Positions 49,269 to 57,317 of a stretch of 64,000 nucleotides of DNA are shown here, piece by piece. The position numbers were made by a program, and so were the translations under genes. Origin of the DNA: Sedimenticolaceae bacterium (GTDB taxonomy: Bacteria; Pseudomonadota; Gammaproteobacteria; Chromatiales; Chromatiaceae); assembly GCA_050290785.1 (NCBI GenBank), contig JBNKIR010000041.1, positions 44,404 through 108,403 of the forward strand. The letters run 5' to 3'. Each line of letters opens with the position of its first letter. Within the stretch, counting starts at the first letter, position 1. The notes under the pieces were generated by a model. The model did not search any database and was not told the DNA's origin. It saw only the letters and a program-made list of their open reading frames with translations.

Positions 49269-51791
49269 TTATATCGGCAGGGATGGAACCGGCTTGAGTT
49301 TCCAGATCTCCTGATTGTAATCCACTATGGTTCGGTCGGTGGAAAATCTGCTGCTGGAGGCGGTGTTTAGAATACTGCTGGTCACCCAGGCATCATGGTC
49401 ACGATATCTTTTAGCCGCACGCTTCTGGGCCTTAACATAACTGGCGAAGTCGGCCGCCACCTTCCAGGGGTCGTCAGGACTGCGGATGGAGTTGATGATC
49501 GGATCGAACAGTCCGGGCTCCATATGGTTAAAGTGTCCTTTTTCCAGCAGATTCATAACCCGTGAGAGATTATGATCTGATTGAATGATGGAGTTAGGGT
49601 CATAGCGTCCATGCAGTCCCTGGACCTCATCAGCGGTGAGACCGAAGAGGAAAAAGTGCTCTTCCCCCACCTCTTCTCTGATCTCTATATTGGCCCCATC
49701 CAGGGTACCAATGGTTAGTGCACCGTTCATCATGAACTTCATGTTGCCGGTACCGGATGCCTCCTTGCCGGCCGTAGAGATCTGCTCCGAAAGATCTGTG
49801 CCCGGGCATATCACCTCCATGGCGGAGACCCGATAGTCCGGGAGAAAGGAGCATTTGAGTTTATCTCCAACCTCCGGGTCATTATTGATTACATTGGCCA
49901 CATTGTTAATCAGCTTGATGATCAGCTTGGCCTGGGAATATCCTGGTGCCGCCTTGCCTCCAAACAGGACACAGCGCGGAATCCATCCTGAGATCTTGCC
50001 GGCCTTGATCTTGGCGTAGAGATGGATGACGTGCAGGATATTCAGAAGCTGCCGCTTGTATTCATGGATACGCTTTACCTGTACGTCGAACATCGCGTCT
50101 ATATCAAACTGAACTCCACACTCTTTGAACACCAGTTGGGCCAGACGCTCTTTGTTCTGCTGCTTGACCAGGATCCAGCGGTGTCTGAACTTCGGGTCAT
50201 CTATATACTCTTTCAGTCTGTGAAGTTGGCTCAGATCAGCGATCCAGTCATCCCCTATGAAGTCACTGATCAATCCTCGCAGTCCCGGATTACATGCGGC
50301 CAGCCAGCGGCGCTGGGTCACGCCGTTGGTCTTGTTATTGAACTTGCCGGGCCATAGCTTGTAGAAGTCATGGAATAGCCACTGGCGCAGCAATTCAGAG
50401 TGCAACGCGGCAACCCCGTTGACCGAGAAACTGCCAACTATGGCCAGATATGCCATGCGTACCTGAGGATTGTCCCCCTCCTCTATTATGGACATACGAC
50501 GCAGACGGTCGTTATCCCCGGGCCAGCGGTTCGCCACCTCGCCCAGGAAGCGGGCGTTGATTTCATAGATGATCTGCAGTGGACGCGGCAGCAGATACTC
50601 AAACAGGCGCACCGGCCACCTTTCCAGGGCCTCCGGCAGGAGGGTGTGATTGGTATAGGCCATGGTGTTCCTGGTTATCTCCCACGCCTCCTCCCAACCC
50701 AGTCCTTCCTGATCCACCAGGAGGCGCATCAGCTCAGCCACCGCGATGGAAGGGTGAGTATCATTCAGTTGAAAACAGTTTTTCTCGGCGAAATTAGAGA
50801 AATCAGCGCCATTGTTCAGTTTCCATCTCCTGAACACGTCCTGCAGACTGGCTGAGGCAAGGAAATACTGTTGCCTAAGTCGCAACTCTTTTCCGCATTC
50901 GCTTGCATCATTGGGGTAGAGCACCATGGTGATGTGTTCGGCCGCATTTTTGGCCTCGACAGATTCAGTGTAACTCCCGGCATTGAACTCGTCCAGATCG
51001 AATTCATCTGTAGCCGCAGACTTCCAGAGTCGCAGGGTGTTTACCGTATCGTTTCTATATCCAGGGACGGGGACATCGTAAGGGACGGCAAGCACATCAT
51101 GGGTGTCCAGCCAGCGCACCTCCAGCTTGTCGTCCCAGTTGGATCTTATCTCGGTATGACCGCCAAACTTGACCCGCTGAGTAAATTCGGGACGATCCAC
51201 CTCCCAGGGATTGCCATTACGCAGCCAATGATCTGGTTCCTCAACCTGATAGCCCCCCTGAATATCCTGTCTGAACATGCCATACTCATACCGGATGCCA
51301 TAGCCGTGCACCGGCAGTTGCAAAGTGGCGCAACTGTCGAGGAAGCAGGCCGCTAGCCTCCCCAGGCCGCCATTACCCAAACCGGCATCTGGCTCGCTCT
51401 CAGCGATCTCCTCCATGACTAGGCCCAGTTCGTACATGCCCTCTTCAATGGCATCTCCCAGGTTAAGATTAAGTGCGCTATTGCCCAGGGCGCGACCCAT
51501 AAGATATTCCAGAGAGAGATAGTAGGTGCGTTTACAGTCACTATCCTGGTATGCATGTTGAGTACTTTGCCAACGCTCCATCAAGCGATCCCTCACTGCC
51601 ATGGCCAGGGCGGCGAAGGGGTAGTGCGTGTTGTTGCAATCCTGATCCCGGCCCAGGGTGCGACAGAAATATCTTCTGAAATCCTGCGCTATCCCTCCCG
51701 CGTCCATGGGCAGGGACGGCAGATTGCCCAGAGAGCCGTTCAGGCGACTCTTGAGCAAAGGGGTGAATGGTGAATATTTGGTCGGACTCAT
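49269..51791 (-). CDS. glgP: Glycogen/alpha-glucan phosphorylase
   Basis: 840 aa with the PLP-lysine motif EASGTGNMKFMMNG. Confidence 0.95.
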   Translation of the reverse strand: MSPTKYSPFTPLLKSRLNGSLGNLPSLPMDAGGIAQDFRRYFCRTLGRDQDCNNTHYPFAALAMAVRDRLMERWQSTQHAYQDSDCKRTYYLSLEYLMGRALGNSALNLNLGDAIEEGMYELGLVMEEIAESEPDAGLGNGGLGRLAACFLDSCATLQLPVHGYGIRYEYGMFRQDIQGGYQVEEPDHWLRNGNPWEVDRPEFTQRVKFGGHTEIRSNWDDKLEVRWLDTHDVLAVPYDVPVPGYRNDTVNTLRLWKSAATDEFDLDEFNAGSYTESVEAKNAAEHITMVLYPNDASECGKELRLRQQYFLASASLQDVFRRWKLNNGADFSNFAEKNCFQLNDTHPSIAVAELMRLLVDQEGLGWEEAWEITRNTMAYTNHTLLPEALERWPVRLFEYLLPRPLQIIYEINARFLGEVANRWPGDNDRLRRMSIIEEGDNPQVRMAYLAIVGSFSVNGVAALHSELLRQWLFHDFYKLWPGKFNNKTNGVTQRRWLAACNPGLRGLISDFIGDDWIADLSQLHRLKEYIDDPKFRHRWILVKQQNKERLAQLVFKECGVQFDIDAMFDVQVKRIHEYKRQLLNILHVIHLYAKIKAGKISGWIPRCVLFGGKAAPGYSQAKLIIKLINNVANVINNDPEVGDKLKCSFLPDYRVSAMEVICPGTDLSEQISTAGKEASGTGNMKFMMNGALTIGTLDGANIEIREEVGEEHFFLFGLTADEVQGLHGRYDPNSIIQSDHNLSRVMNLLEKGHFNHMEPGLFDPIINSIRSPDDPWKVAADFASYVKAQKRAAKRYRDHDAWVTSSILNTASSSRFSTDRTIVDYNQEIWKLKPVPSLPI

Positions 51792-51892
51792 CTTTATACC
51801 TCTACATAGACTAGCTAGTAGTCTAGCCTCCTTGTATGCAGATGGGCATCACAATTCTGAAATTAATCGCAATGGATCGGCGTGAGAGCCCT

Positions 51893-53011
51893 CTAAAAAT
51901 CTTCCACGCCGATGCTAAGCCCCTTGCCAACGTCATCAGTATTGATCTCGCCGCTCTCGTCCAGCCTGATCCTGAGGGAAAGATTATTACGGGAATCAGC
52001 ATTGCCCAAGGCGTTCTCAAGGCTGATCCTACCCTCCTTGTAGAGCTTGTACAGTGCCTGATCGAAGGTCTGCATTCCGCGCTCGGTACCTTGCTCCATC
52101 GCCTCCTTGACGGCATGGATATCACCTTTCTGGATCAGCTCGGCGATAAATGTAGAGAGCAGCATGATCTCAACCGCAGGCACCCTCTGTCCGTCAGTGC
52201 TTTTGATCAGTCGTTGCGAGACCACTGCCTTCAGGTTGAGGGACAGGTCCATATACAGTTGATGATGGGCGCTATCCGGGAAGAAGTTTATGACACGATC
52301 CAGGGCCTGGTTTGCATTATTGGCATGGAGAGTGGACAGGCAGAGGTGCCCGGTTTCCGCATAGGCGATGGCATGCTGCATGGTCTCACGGTCGCGAATT
52401 TCACCGATAAGGATTACGTCCGGGGCCTCGCGCATGGCGTTCTTCAGGGCCATCTCGTAAGAGAGGGTATCCAATCCCACCTCGCGTTGATCCACCACCG
52501 ATTTTTTGTGGGTATGGAGGAATTCGACCGGATCCTCAATGGTCAGGATATGTCCGGTCATGTTGTTATTGCGATGGTTTATCATCGAAGCCAACGTAGT
52601 GGATTTACCTGAACCGGTAGATCCAACCACCAGGATCAGTCCCCGCGGCTCCATTATGAGTTCTTTCAGTATCTGCGGCAGGTGCAGCTCTTCGATACTG
52701 GGTATGTTGCCCTTGATATAACGTATAACCATGGCCACATCACCACGCTGGCGATATACGTTCACGCGGAAGCGTCCCAGGCCGCTGATGGAGATGGCCA
52801 GGTTACCCTCCATGGTCCTCTCATACTCCTTAACCTGCTCATCGTTCATTATGGAGTATGCAAGCTTGCGCACCATACCAGGGGCCAAGGGGGTATCGCC
52901 GATAGGCATAGTGTGACCTTCCGCCTTCAGATTCGGCGGGGCACCGGTACTGAAGAAGAGATCAGAGCCGTTTTTCTGCACCATCAATTTCAAATATGGG
53001 ACTATATCCAT
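51893..53011 (-). CDS. pilU: PilT/PilU-family type IV pilus retraction ATPase (PilU-like)
   Basis: 372 aa with Walker A GSTGSGKST, an Asp box, Walker B and a His box (TLHAN). No pilT lies adjacent. Confidence 0.88.
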   Translation of the reverse strand: MDIVPYLKLMVQKNGSDLFFSTGAPPNLKAEGHTMPIGDTPLAPGMVRKLAYSIMNDEQVKEYERTMEGNLAISISGLGRFRVNVYRQRGDVAMVIRYIKGNIPSIEELHLPQILKELIMEPRGLILVVGSTGSGKSTTLASMINHRNNNMTGHILTIEDPVEFLHTHKKSVVDQREVGLDTLSYEMALKNAMREAPDVILIGEIRDRETMQHAIAYAETGHLCLSTLHANNANQALDRVINFFPDSAHHQLYMDLSLNLKAVVSQRLIKSTDGQRVPAVEIMLLSTFIAELIQKGDIHAVKEAMEQGTERGMQTFDQALYKLYKEGRISLENALGNADSRNNLSLRIRLDESGEINTDDVGKGLSIGVEDF

Positions 53012-53091
53012 CCAAATATCTCCAGCTGGTTTTTTTGCTTATCGCATGAACATCTCTATTAAGCGGCAGCCAGCGGTAAAAATTTAGTGTC

Positions 53092-53451
53092 TTGATAGGG
53101 TTGGAGTGCATCCAGTTCACACTATTCCATTAATTATAGGTGGAAAACCTAATTTATTATCGTTCTGGTCAGGTGCAGACAGAAAAAATATCTGCGCAAT
53201 ACTAGGTTACTGACATCTCCGCATACAGGTAGAGACGGGTTGATAGGGTGAATATGCCCAGAAGGTCAGAAAATTTGCCTAGACGCATACAGGCATATAC
53301 GACTGATGTGCTCTTTAATCGCAACGTCTAAAGCGAAACAGGCTTAGCATATCGACAGTTGGCCCCAATGCCCTCATCAGGCCGGACAAATCTGGGGGAA
53401 ACGGAAAGCTACGCCATCTCTTGGATACCGCAGGTATTGTTTGATAGGGTG
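53092..53451 (+). repeat. Short direct repeats in a 490-bp non-coding region
   Basis: TTGATAGGGT occurs at 53092-53101, 53240-53249 and 53441-53450; the last two copies are followed by G. CGCATACAGG occurs at 53220-53229 and 53284-53293. Confidence 0.6.
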
Positions 53452-53457
53452 TGCAGC

Positions 53458-53495
53458 AAATGGCCGCGAATACCAGGTAGGTATCGCGGCCATTT
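53458..53495 (-). terminator. Strong hairpin 3 nt downstream of the 53-aa ORF
   Basis: AAATGGCCGCGA (53458-53469) pairs with TCGCGGCCATTT (53484-53495). TACC/GGTA extends the stem after a 1-nt bulge. The trailing U-tract is poor, so it may be a stabiliser rather than a classical terminator. Confidence 0.45.
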
Positions 53496-53498
53496 ATG

Positions 53499-53660
53499 TT
53501 AGGGGCGTTTCGGAGTGGTGTACTCGGCCACTTTGTGAAAAGACTCCCAAATGGTCTCGTAGCCTACGAAGCCCTTTTCGTTAGCCGCCATCTGACGGGT
53601 TGTAACAAAACGTGCCTTGCCTTCTGGCACCTTAGGTCTGGTTTTGGCTGGTCCGCTCAT
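53499..53660 (-). CDS. Unlisted small ORF (53 aa), function unknown
   Basis: It falls below the 60-aa cut-off of the ORF track. Translation is MSGPAKTRPKVPEGKARFVTTRQMAANEKGFVGYETIWESFHKVAEYTTPKRP. The ATG is preceded by AAAGGTGA with about 5-nt spacing, and a hairpin follows the stop. Confidence 0.5.
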   Translation of the reverse strand: MSGPAKTRPKVPEGKARFVTTRQMAANEKGFVGYETIWESFHKVAEYTTPKRP

Positions 53661-53908
53661 AATTCACCTTTCTCTTAGCTCTCGAAGTATCAACTACCTT
53701 ATTTGCAGTTTAACCTTCTCAAGTCACCATAATTTTTTCGAGCTTGGATTATATAGCAGCAGTATAGAGGAGACCAGCAATCAGAGGCTTATCTGGATTT
53801 CTATTTTTTTTGCTGCTATTCATACCGCTTATCCCTGTTTTTGGCTCCCATTTCAGATAAAATCCATAATTCGCACAACTTATTACTTCTAAAAGAGAAT
53901 TGCCCGGA

Positions 53909-54256
53909 ATGCCACAATATATATTTGTTTATCTAGGGGGTGAATACCCTTCCAGCCCGGAAGAGGGACAAAAGCATTTTCAAAAGTATCAGAGATGGCT
54001 CGACTCCCTTGGCGACGCGGTCATAAGCCCGGCCATACCCTTCAAAGACACCCACTCAGTTCAGACCGATGGTACTGCCTCCCCTGGAAGCATGACTGGT
54101 ATGTCAGGACTCAGTATTCTCCGCTTAAACTCCATGCAGGAGGCCCTGGAAGCTGCTCAGTCCTGTCCCTTTTTAGAGATCAATGGCGTCCTGGAGGTAT
54201 CAGAGATGATCGAAATGTCCAACTCAGATGCGGGTGGGGGCCAGGCAGTAAACTAG
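53909..54256 (+). CDS. YCII-like small protein
   Basis: The N-terminus MPQYIFVYLGG is typical of YciI/DGPF-like proteins, and the C-terminal part reads LSILRLNSMQEALEAAQSCPFL. The ORF is open from the TTG at 53900. Confidence 0.55.
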   Translation: MPQYIFVYLGGEYPSSPEEGQKHFQKYQRWLDSLGDAVISPAIPFKDTHSVQTDGTASPGSMTGMSGLSILRLNSMQEALEAAQSCPFLEINGVLEVSEMIEMSNSDAGGGQAVN

Positions 54257-54280
54257 GGCCTGTTAGCACCGATTCTAGTG

Positions 54281-55330
54281 ATGGAGTTTGTCTGTTACGA
54301 CCATTGGGATCAGTTGCCGCATGACGCCGGTGAATTTTTCGCCGTAGCCGGGAGGGAGAGCGCCTTTTTCTCCCTGCCATGGCTGAAAAATCTTACAGAT
54401 AACGGGCTTGATGAAGATCAGTCAGCATTTCTGGCTTGCGTCCTTGATAGAGACAGTCTCCTTGCGCTGCTACCCCTGACCAGGCGCGGTGGAAATCACT
54501 ATTATTCACTTAAGCACCTCTATACCTCACTCTCCAGCTTACTGATTTGTGAAGATCGCCAGGATCAGATTATTGAGTGTTTGGTTGGGGGCCTGACGCT
54601 CCTGCCAATTGACTATCTGCAGATAGACCCCATCGCAGAGGATGATCCCAAACTGCTCCTATTACAGAGGGCGCTGGAAGCTTCCAGTTATACATGTCAA
54701 CGTCACTATCGATTCTATAACTGGTTCCACCGTACCGAACAACAGACATTCGCCGACTATATCTCCTCCCGTCCAGCTAGAGTACGCAATACCATTGCCC
54801 GCAAACAGCGTAAGCTCGAACGGGAACACGGATACCGAATCTCGCTGTATACAAAGAATGATCTACAAAAAGGTATGGCGGACTACCGTTCTGTCTATAC
54901 CGCCAGCTGGAAGGCCGAGGAACAGTTTATTGAATTTATCGATGGACTGGCAGCGCGATTTGCACAGCAGGGCTGGCTAAGGCTGGCAATCCTCTACGCC
55001 GGGGAAGCCCCTGCTGCGGCCCAGTTCTGGTTTGTCGCCCACGGCAAGGCCAGTATCTTCAAGCTGGTCTATGATCAGGCCTGGATGAGATATTCGCCCG
55101 GCTCCATCCTTACTGCATATCTCATGCGACATGTGATAGATATAGATAAGGTTGAGGAGATCGATTTTCTTACCGGCAACGACGCCTACAAGCAGGAGTG
55201 GATGTCTGAGCGCAGAGAGCGTATCAAGCTGTGCTGCTTTCCTTCAAAGCCCCAAGAAGGTCCCGGAATGCGTTTGTTAGGGCCATTTGCCGGATTGCTG
55301 AACTGGCTAAGGCGGACGGTGTATACTTGA
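54281..55330 (+). CDS. FemAB/CelD-like GNAT acyltransferase
   Basis: About 350 aa. The C-terminal half reads AILYAGEAPAAAQFWFVAHGKASIFKLVYDQAWMRYSPGSILTAYLMRHVI...DFLTGNDAYKQEW, which is typical of the Acetyltransf_6/CelD family. Confidence 0.7.
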   Translation: MEFVCYDHWDQLPHDAGEFFAVAGRESAFFSLPWLKNLTDNGLDEDQSAFLACVLDRDSLLALLPLTRRGGNHYYSLKHLYTSLSSLLICEDRQDQIIECLVGGLTLLPIDYLQIDPIAEDDPKLLLLQRALEASSYTCQRHYRFYNWFHRTEQQTFADYISSRPARVRNTIARKQRKLEREHGYRISLYTKNDLQKGMADYRSVYTASWKAEEQFIEFIDGLAARFAQQGWLRLAILYAGEAPAAAQFWFVAHGKASIFKLVYDQAWMRYSPGSILTAYLMRHVIDIDKVEEIDFLTGNDAYKQEWMSERRERIKLCCFPSKPQEGPGMRLLGPFAGLLNWLRRTVYT

Positions 55331-55341
55331 ACTTTGCAAAT

Positions 55342-55668
55342 ATGAAGACAGGTCCCATGGAACAGATTATTGATATTGAAAAATATGAAACACTTCAGGA
55401 GATTTTTGTTGGAGAGATCATCGAGCAGATCCGCCTAAAGCTTATTGAGGCCGGGATCTCCGGAGATCTGCTTATCGAGCTTACTGGTCATATCGCATTC
55501 AGTGTCACCAGCACTATTGATGGTAATGCGATCATCGAAAGAGATGGCGTCGATGTCCATCCCTATCTGGTCTTTTCCGGTGAGGAGGATCAGATTATCC
55601 ACGGGGGCGAGAACTCTTTTACCCATGAATTCGTGGCCAGTGAGATGGCCAAGGCGTTCAGCGACTGA
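55342..55668 (+). CDS. Hypothetical protein
   Basis: About 108 aa from the ATG at 55342 (alternative start 55357). The Shine-Dalgarno sequence is weak and no motif was recognised. The listed start at 55231 overlaps the GNAT gene. Confidence 0.4.
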   Translation: MKTGPMEQIIDIEKYETLQEIFVGEIIEQIRLKLIEAGISGDLLIELTGHIAFSVTSTIDGNAIIERDGVDVHPYLVFSGEEDQIIHGGENSFTHEFVASEMAKAFSD

Positions 55669-55685
55669 AGGATCAATGTGGCAAG

Positions 55686-56321
55686 ATGACGATAAAACTT
55701 ACACAAAAACACATCATTAAGGGCACTCAGGAGCTGGTATTGATCGACGACTACGTCGATATTCGCACCAAGGCACCATTTAAGGATGAAGAAGTGATCA
55801 GGGTGATGCTTACGGTGCTTAACCCGGAGCCGGTCATTAGCAAGTCGAAGCTGGAATTTAATAGCCGGGTCAATGGCTGCCCACTCATATCACTCTATTT
55901 GGGGGAACCCAGCACCGAGGAGTTCAACGCATTTGTCAACGAGCTGAAGCAGAGGGCACTCGAGGAATTCAGTGCCTTTGCCGGCCTTAGACGCCCCGGC
56001 CCCGTTTCCGGGATAGAAGCCGAAGAGCCGCCGCCCGAACGCGATGAGTCTGCAGAAGAGCGTATCGTCAGCAAGAGAAAGTTTATTGATGCCGCAAAGA
56101 TTGGGGATGCAATTGAGATGCTGGCAGCTCAGCTGGATTTGGAGGATATAAAGCCGTTTATCTCGACCCTGGAGGCACTAAAGGAGGAGCCAAATAATCA
56201 GGACCTGCTGGTCCAGCTGCTGCATGCATTCAACGACCTGGGATCAAGGCAGGGGCCTGTTCTGGCCTACGCGCCTTACGTAAACGTCCTGCTGTCCGAC
56301 GATCCATTTGAGAGAAAATAA
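55686..56321 (+). CDS. Hypothetical protein (beta-rich N-domain, acidic linker, helical C-domain)
   Basis: 211 aa with no recognisable motif. Confidence 0.5.
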   Translation: MTIKLTQKHIIKGTQELVLIDDYVDIRTKAPFKDEEVIRVMLTVLNPEPVISKSKLEFNSRVNGCPLISLYLGEPSTEEFNAFVNELKQRALEEFSAFAGLRRPGPVSGIEAEEPPPERDESAEERIVSKRKFIDAAKIGDAIEMLAAQLDLEDIKPFISTLEALKEEPNNQDLLVQLLHAFNDLGSRQGPVLAYAPYVNVLLSDDPFERK

Positions 56322-56327
56322 CCAGGT

Positions 56328-56837
56328 TTAGATAGGCACTACATTTTCGCCATCGATATCCGGGCCTTGAACGATCTTGGTTCCTGCCTCGATCTCTTCC
56401 GGAGTTGCATCCCGGACCGATAGAATCTCCAGGGTGAAGATCAGATCTCTGCCGCAGAGCGGGTTATTGCCATCAACGGTCAGGGTCTTATCATCCATGC
56501 GGGTGACGATGAACTCCATTGTCTCGCCCTTCTCATTTTCCATCAGGATCTTGGTCCCGATCTCACGGTACTCTTCCGGTACGTTTTCGATGTGGTCAGT
56601 GAATACCAGGCTCTCATCACGGGCGCCGTAAATCAGGTTGCCGTCGATTGGGACCTCGATGGTATCTCCGGCAGACCGTCCCGCAAGCTCATCAGTAACC
56701 TGGGTTGCCAGCGTCTGACCGGCTCCATGTACGTAGCTTAGTGGGAACTCGATGGTGGAAAGGACATGCCCGCTCTTTTTATCCGTGACCTTATAGGTCA
56801 ATTCGACCATCTTATTGTTTTGAATTATCTCTTTCAT
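56328..56837 (-). CDS. slyD: FKBP-type peptidyl-prolyl isomerase, SlyD-like, without a His-rich tail
   Basis: 169 aa with an FKBP core, an IF-insert pattern and the conserved NPLCGRDLIFTLEIL. The C-terminus lacks a His/Cys-rich metal-binding tail. Confidence 0.85.
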   Translation of the reverse strand: MKEIIQNNKMVELTYKVTDKKSGHVLSTIEFPLSYVHGAGQTLATQVTDELAGRSAGDTIEVPIDGNLIYGARDESLVFTDHIENVPEEYREIGTKILMENEKGETMEFIVTRMDDKTLTVDGNNPLCGRDLIFTLEILSVRDATPEEIEAGTKIVQGPDIDGENVVPI

Positions 56838-56843
56838 GGATGA

Positions 56844-57194
56844 TCAGAAGATGGATGCCGCAAAGATCTTGGGTTCGCCCCTTTCATAGCCGATCACCAT
56901 TCTGCCCAGCCACTCGCCCGGCTTCTTGGTGCTGCGGACCCTAAACAGAAATGACACATGCTCGCCGCGGCGGATGAAGCCAAGGAAGTCGTAGTTCTGG
57001 TCAAGACTGCGGGTCAGTTCGCTATGGGCAAACTGGTTGCCCACTTCCACTTCATTCAGGCCGAGCATCAGGTCATAGGAAAAATTTCGGATAAATTTTC
57101 CGTATGCACCTTCATTGGAATATTTAATCAGATCCTCCCACCAGGGGATACCCATCTCCAGAAGCTCTTCATCTGTCTTATCAATAATATTCAT
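56844..57194 (-). CDS. Hypothetical protein
   Basis: 116 aa, located 6 nt upstream of slyD and immediately after the aprMBA terminators. No motif was recognised. Confidence 0.55.
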   Translation of the reverse strand: MNIIDKTDEELLEMGIPWWEDLIKYSNEGAYGKFIRNFSYDLMLGLNEVEVGNQFAHSELTRSLDQNYDFLGFIRRGEHVSFLFRVRSTKKPGEWLGRMVIGYERGEPKIFAASIF

Positions 57195-57236
57195 CTGTAG
57201 CTCTTTAATATTGGAAACGCCATACCTTACAAATAA

Positions 57237-57311
57237 AAAGAGGCCAACACAAAATATTGGCCTCTTTAACCCTGTAAAGCCAGGCAGGGGCCCAAAAGGG
57301 CACCTGCCTGG
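57237..57311 (-). terminator. Two tandem hairpins after aprA-2; the distal one is a classical intrinsic terminator
   Basis: Hairpin 1 (57280-57311) is CCAGGCAGGGGCCC-AAAA-GGGCACCTGCCTGG, with 13 bp and one mismatch. Hairpin 2 (57237-57267) is AAAGAGGCCAA/TTGGCCTCTTT, followed on the minus strand by TTTTTATTTG. Confidence 0.7.
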
Positions 57312-57317
57312 TTTATT

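Noticed and set aside
53092-53451. Reading the TTGATAGGGT repeats as IHF sites (reverse strand TATCAA) or as -35 boxes (TTGATA).
   Set aside because: None of the copies has the TTR element 4 nt after TATCAA that the IHF consensus requires. None has a plausible -10 hexamer 16-18 nt downstream of TTGATA.
55231-55341. N-terminal extension of the ORF listed from 55231.
   Set aside because: It overlaps the last 100 nt of the GNAT gene. A start at 55342 or 55357 removes the overlap.
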